Assembly: GCF_000143415.4 (NCBI RefSeq)
Contig: NW_003314319.1
Coordinates: 1,115,683 to 1,179,682 of the forward strand
Source: Selaginella moellendorffii
Lineage: Eukaryota > Plantae > Lycopodiophyta
Reading direction: 5' to 3'
DNA: 64,000 bases
Shown piece by piece: positions 62,885-64,000 of this stretch. The first letter of the stretch is position 1; every line of letters begins with the position of its first letter. The position numbers were made by a program, and so were the translations under genes. The notes below the pieces were generated by a model that was given only the letters and a program-made list of their open reading frames with translations, was not told where the DNA came from and made no database searches.

Positions 62885-64000
62885 GCTTATAATGGCGTGT
62901 GCCCTCATGCCATTTACTTGATCACCAAATACCTTTTTCCCTTTGCACTAGTATATCTTAATACCGGTCTGAGAAATAGAATGGCATGTGCCCTCAGGCC
63001 TTTTACTAAATCACCTTTGAAAGAAATGCAAGCTTCTATGTCGTAAAAAAAAGGTACTAGAGAAATTCCTTAATAATATGAATGTTATTTAGTTTCATGA
63101 AAATACACTAAGGGTCAAATGAATTAAATGACTTCTCCAGACTAGCAATGCCTCTTGCTACACCTTCACAATTAGATTCGTTAGAAAAAGATAACATTGA
63201 ATAATATCTAAATGTTCTCACCATTAAGTTATATGTCTGGCTAATAGGAATGACGTTCATCTTGGAAAGCTCACCACACGCTCAATGAACAAACAAATAG
63301 TGTGTGCGCGCATGCCATCGCTCTTCTTTAGCTTCAGATTCGGCTTGTTCACCTTGACAATGAGATTTATTATACAACCAGATGGACTCAGTCTGGACAT
63401 AAAGTCACCGCGCTAGTCACCATGCCCCAGATATGTCTAGCCCCTGGACAAAAAACATATAATTTCACGTCATTTTCAAATACTTGAAAATTTGTACCTA
63501 GTCCCATTTTACTGAATAAATCCAACTTTAACGAAATAGAGCATGGACTCCATCTCGGGTCCTTCTCGGACTCCACTTCAGACTCCACTTTGGACTCCAA
63601 CTCGGGTCCATCTCAGACTCCACTTCGGACTCCACTTCGGACCCCAACTCGGGTCCATCTCGGACACATCCACGTGTCATGTGTTGGTCCTTTTTGGGTC
63701 CCCTTTTGGAGCCTCGCTTATTGCTCGCTTCGTGCTCATTCCTCGAGCACTTCATTGGGAGTTCCACTCCCGCTCTTGACTTTTCAAGTTAGAGCTTTTG
63801 GTCCAAACGTGTTACACTCGTTTGGCTCTCGCTTCAGCCACTACCATGTGGCGCCCTTCCAGCTCCACTTTGGGGCCTAGGGATTTTGTGTCTCACAATG
63901 GAGTCCGAGATGGACCTGAGATGGACCCAAGATGGACCCGAGATGGAGTCTGTGATGGACCAGAGATGGACCTGAGATGGAGTCCGAGATGGACCCAAGA

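Larger units (their letters stand above)
50980..63544 (+). mobile_element. Sola-like DNA transposon, copy 2
   Basis: Same TIRs with a few mismatches; 4-bp TSD GGAC (50976-50979, 63545-63548); colinear with copy 1. Confidence 0.9.
26933..63897 (-). mobile_element. LTR element B, apparently non-autonomous (LARD-like); LTRs 26933-28565 and 49754-63897 (the latter split by Sola copy 2)
   Basis: TG...CA termini; TSD ATGGA at 26928-26932 and 63898-63902; PPT complement actccaccacccata at 28566. The ~2.3-kb interior (28566-28731 + 47621-49753) has no retroelement ORF that I can recognise. Confidence 0.88.
26150..64000 (+). mobile_element. Outer family-B LTR (26150-26932 + 63898-end) into which element B inserted
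   Basis: Begins tatgagacataaaatccctaggcccc (cf. LTR-B start tgtgagacacaaaatccctaggcccc). Its gagatggacc/gagatggagt repeats resume at 63898 after the ATGGA TSD. Confidence 0.8.

Noticed and set aside
29962-63544. The two 12-kb copies as a tandem segmental duplication or a Helitron/CACTA element
   Set aside because: Each copy has its own TIR pair and a distinct 4-bp TSD; the termini are not CACTA and no Rep/helicase is present.

Overview
Repeat-dominated window from a eukaryotic genome, almost certainly a land plant. The very short (47-56 nt) GT-AG introns, a chromovirus and a 5S-bearing TRIM point to a non-seed plant such as a lycophyte (inference). No intact host gene is recognisable. Bases 1-26,150 hold a near-perfect 2.3-kb inverted duplication (about 40-2318 / 21003-23281), older segmental repeats, a decayed ParB-like pseudogene split by a solo LTR, a degenerate Gypsy element and several Cassandra-like TRIMs. 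Bases 26,150-64,000 are a nest resolved by target-site duplications (TSDs). An LTR contains a non-coding LTR element B (26933-63897, TSD ATGGA). B contains a chromovirus (28732-47615, TSD GTATA), which contains a 12.3-kb Sola-type DNA transposon (29962-42231, 24-bp TIRs, 4-bp TSD). A second copy of that transposon (50980-63544) sits in the other LTR of B. Two observations stand out. (1) The Sola-type element carries cargo genes (ParB-like plus degenerate methyltransferase-like protein; FCP1/NIF-like phosphatase) and at least 20 copies of a 22-bp palindrome, ATGGCRTGWGGCCWCAYGCCAT. Several of these lie inside tiny introns, suggesting a transposon-encoded protein/cognate-site system. (2) The chromovirus has apparent spliceosomal mini-introns inside its integrase and possibly at the gag-pol junction. 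All family assignments come from motif recognition by eye; no searches were run.
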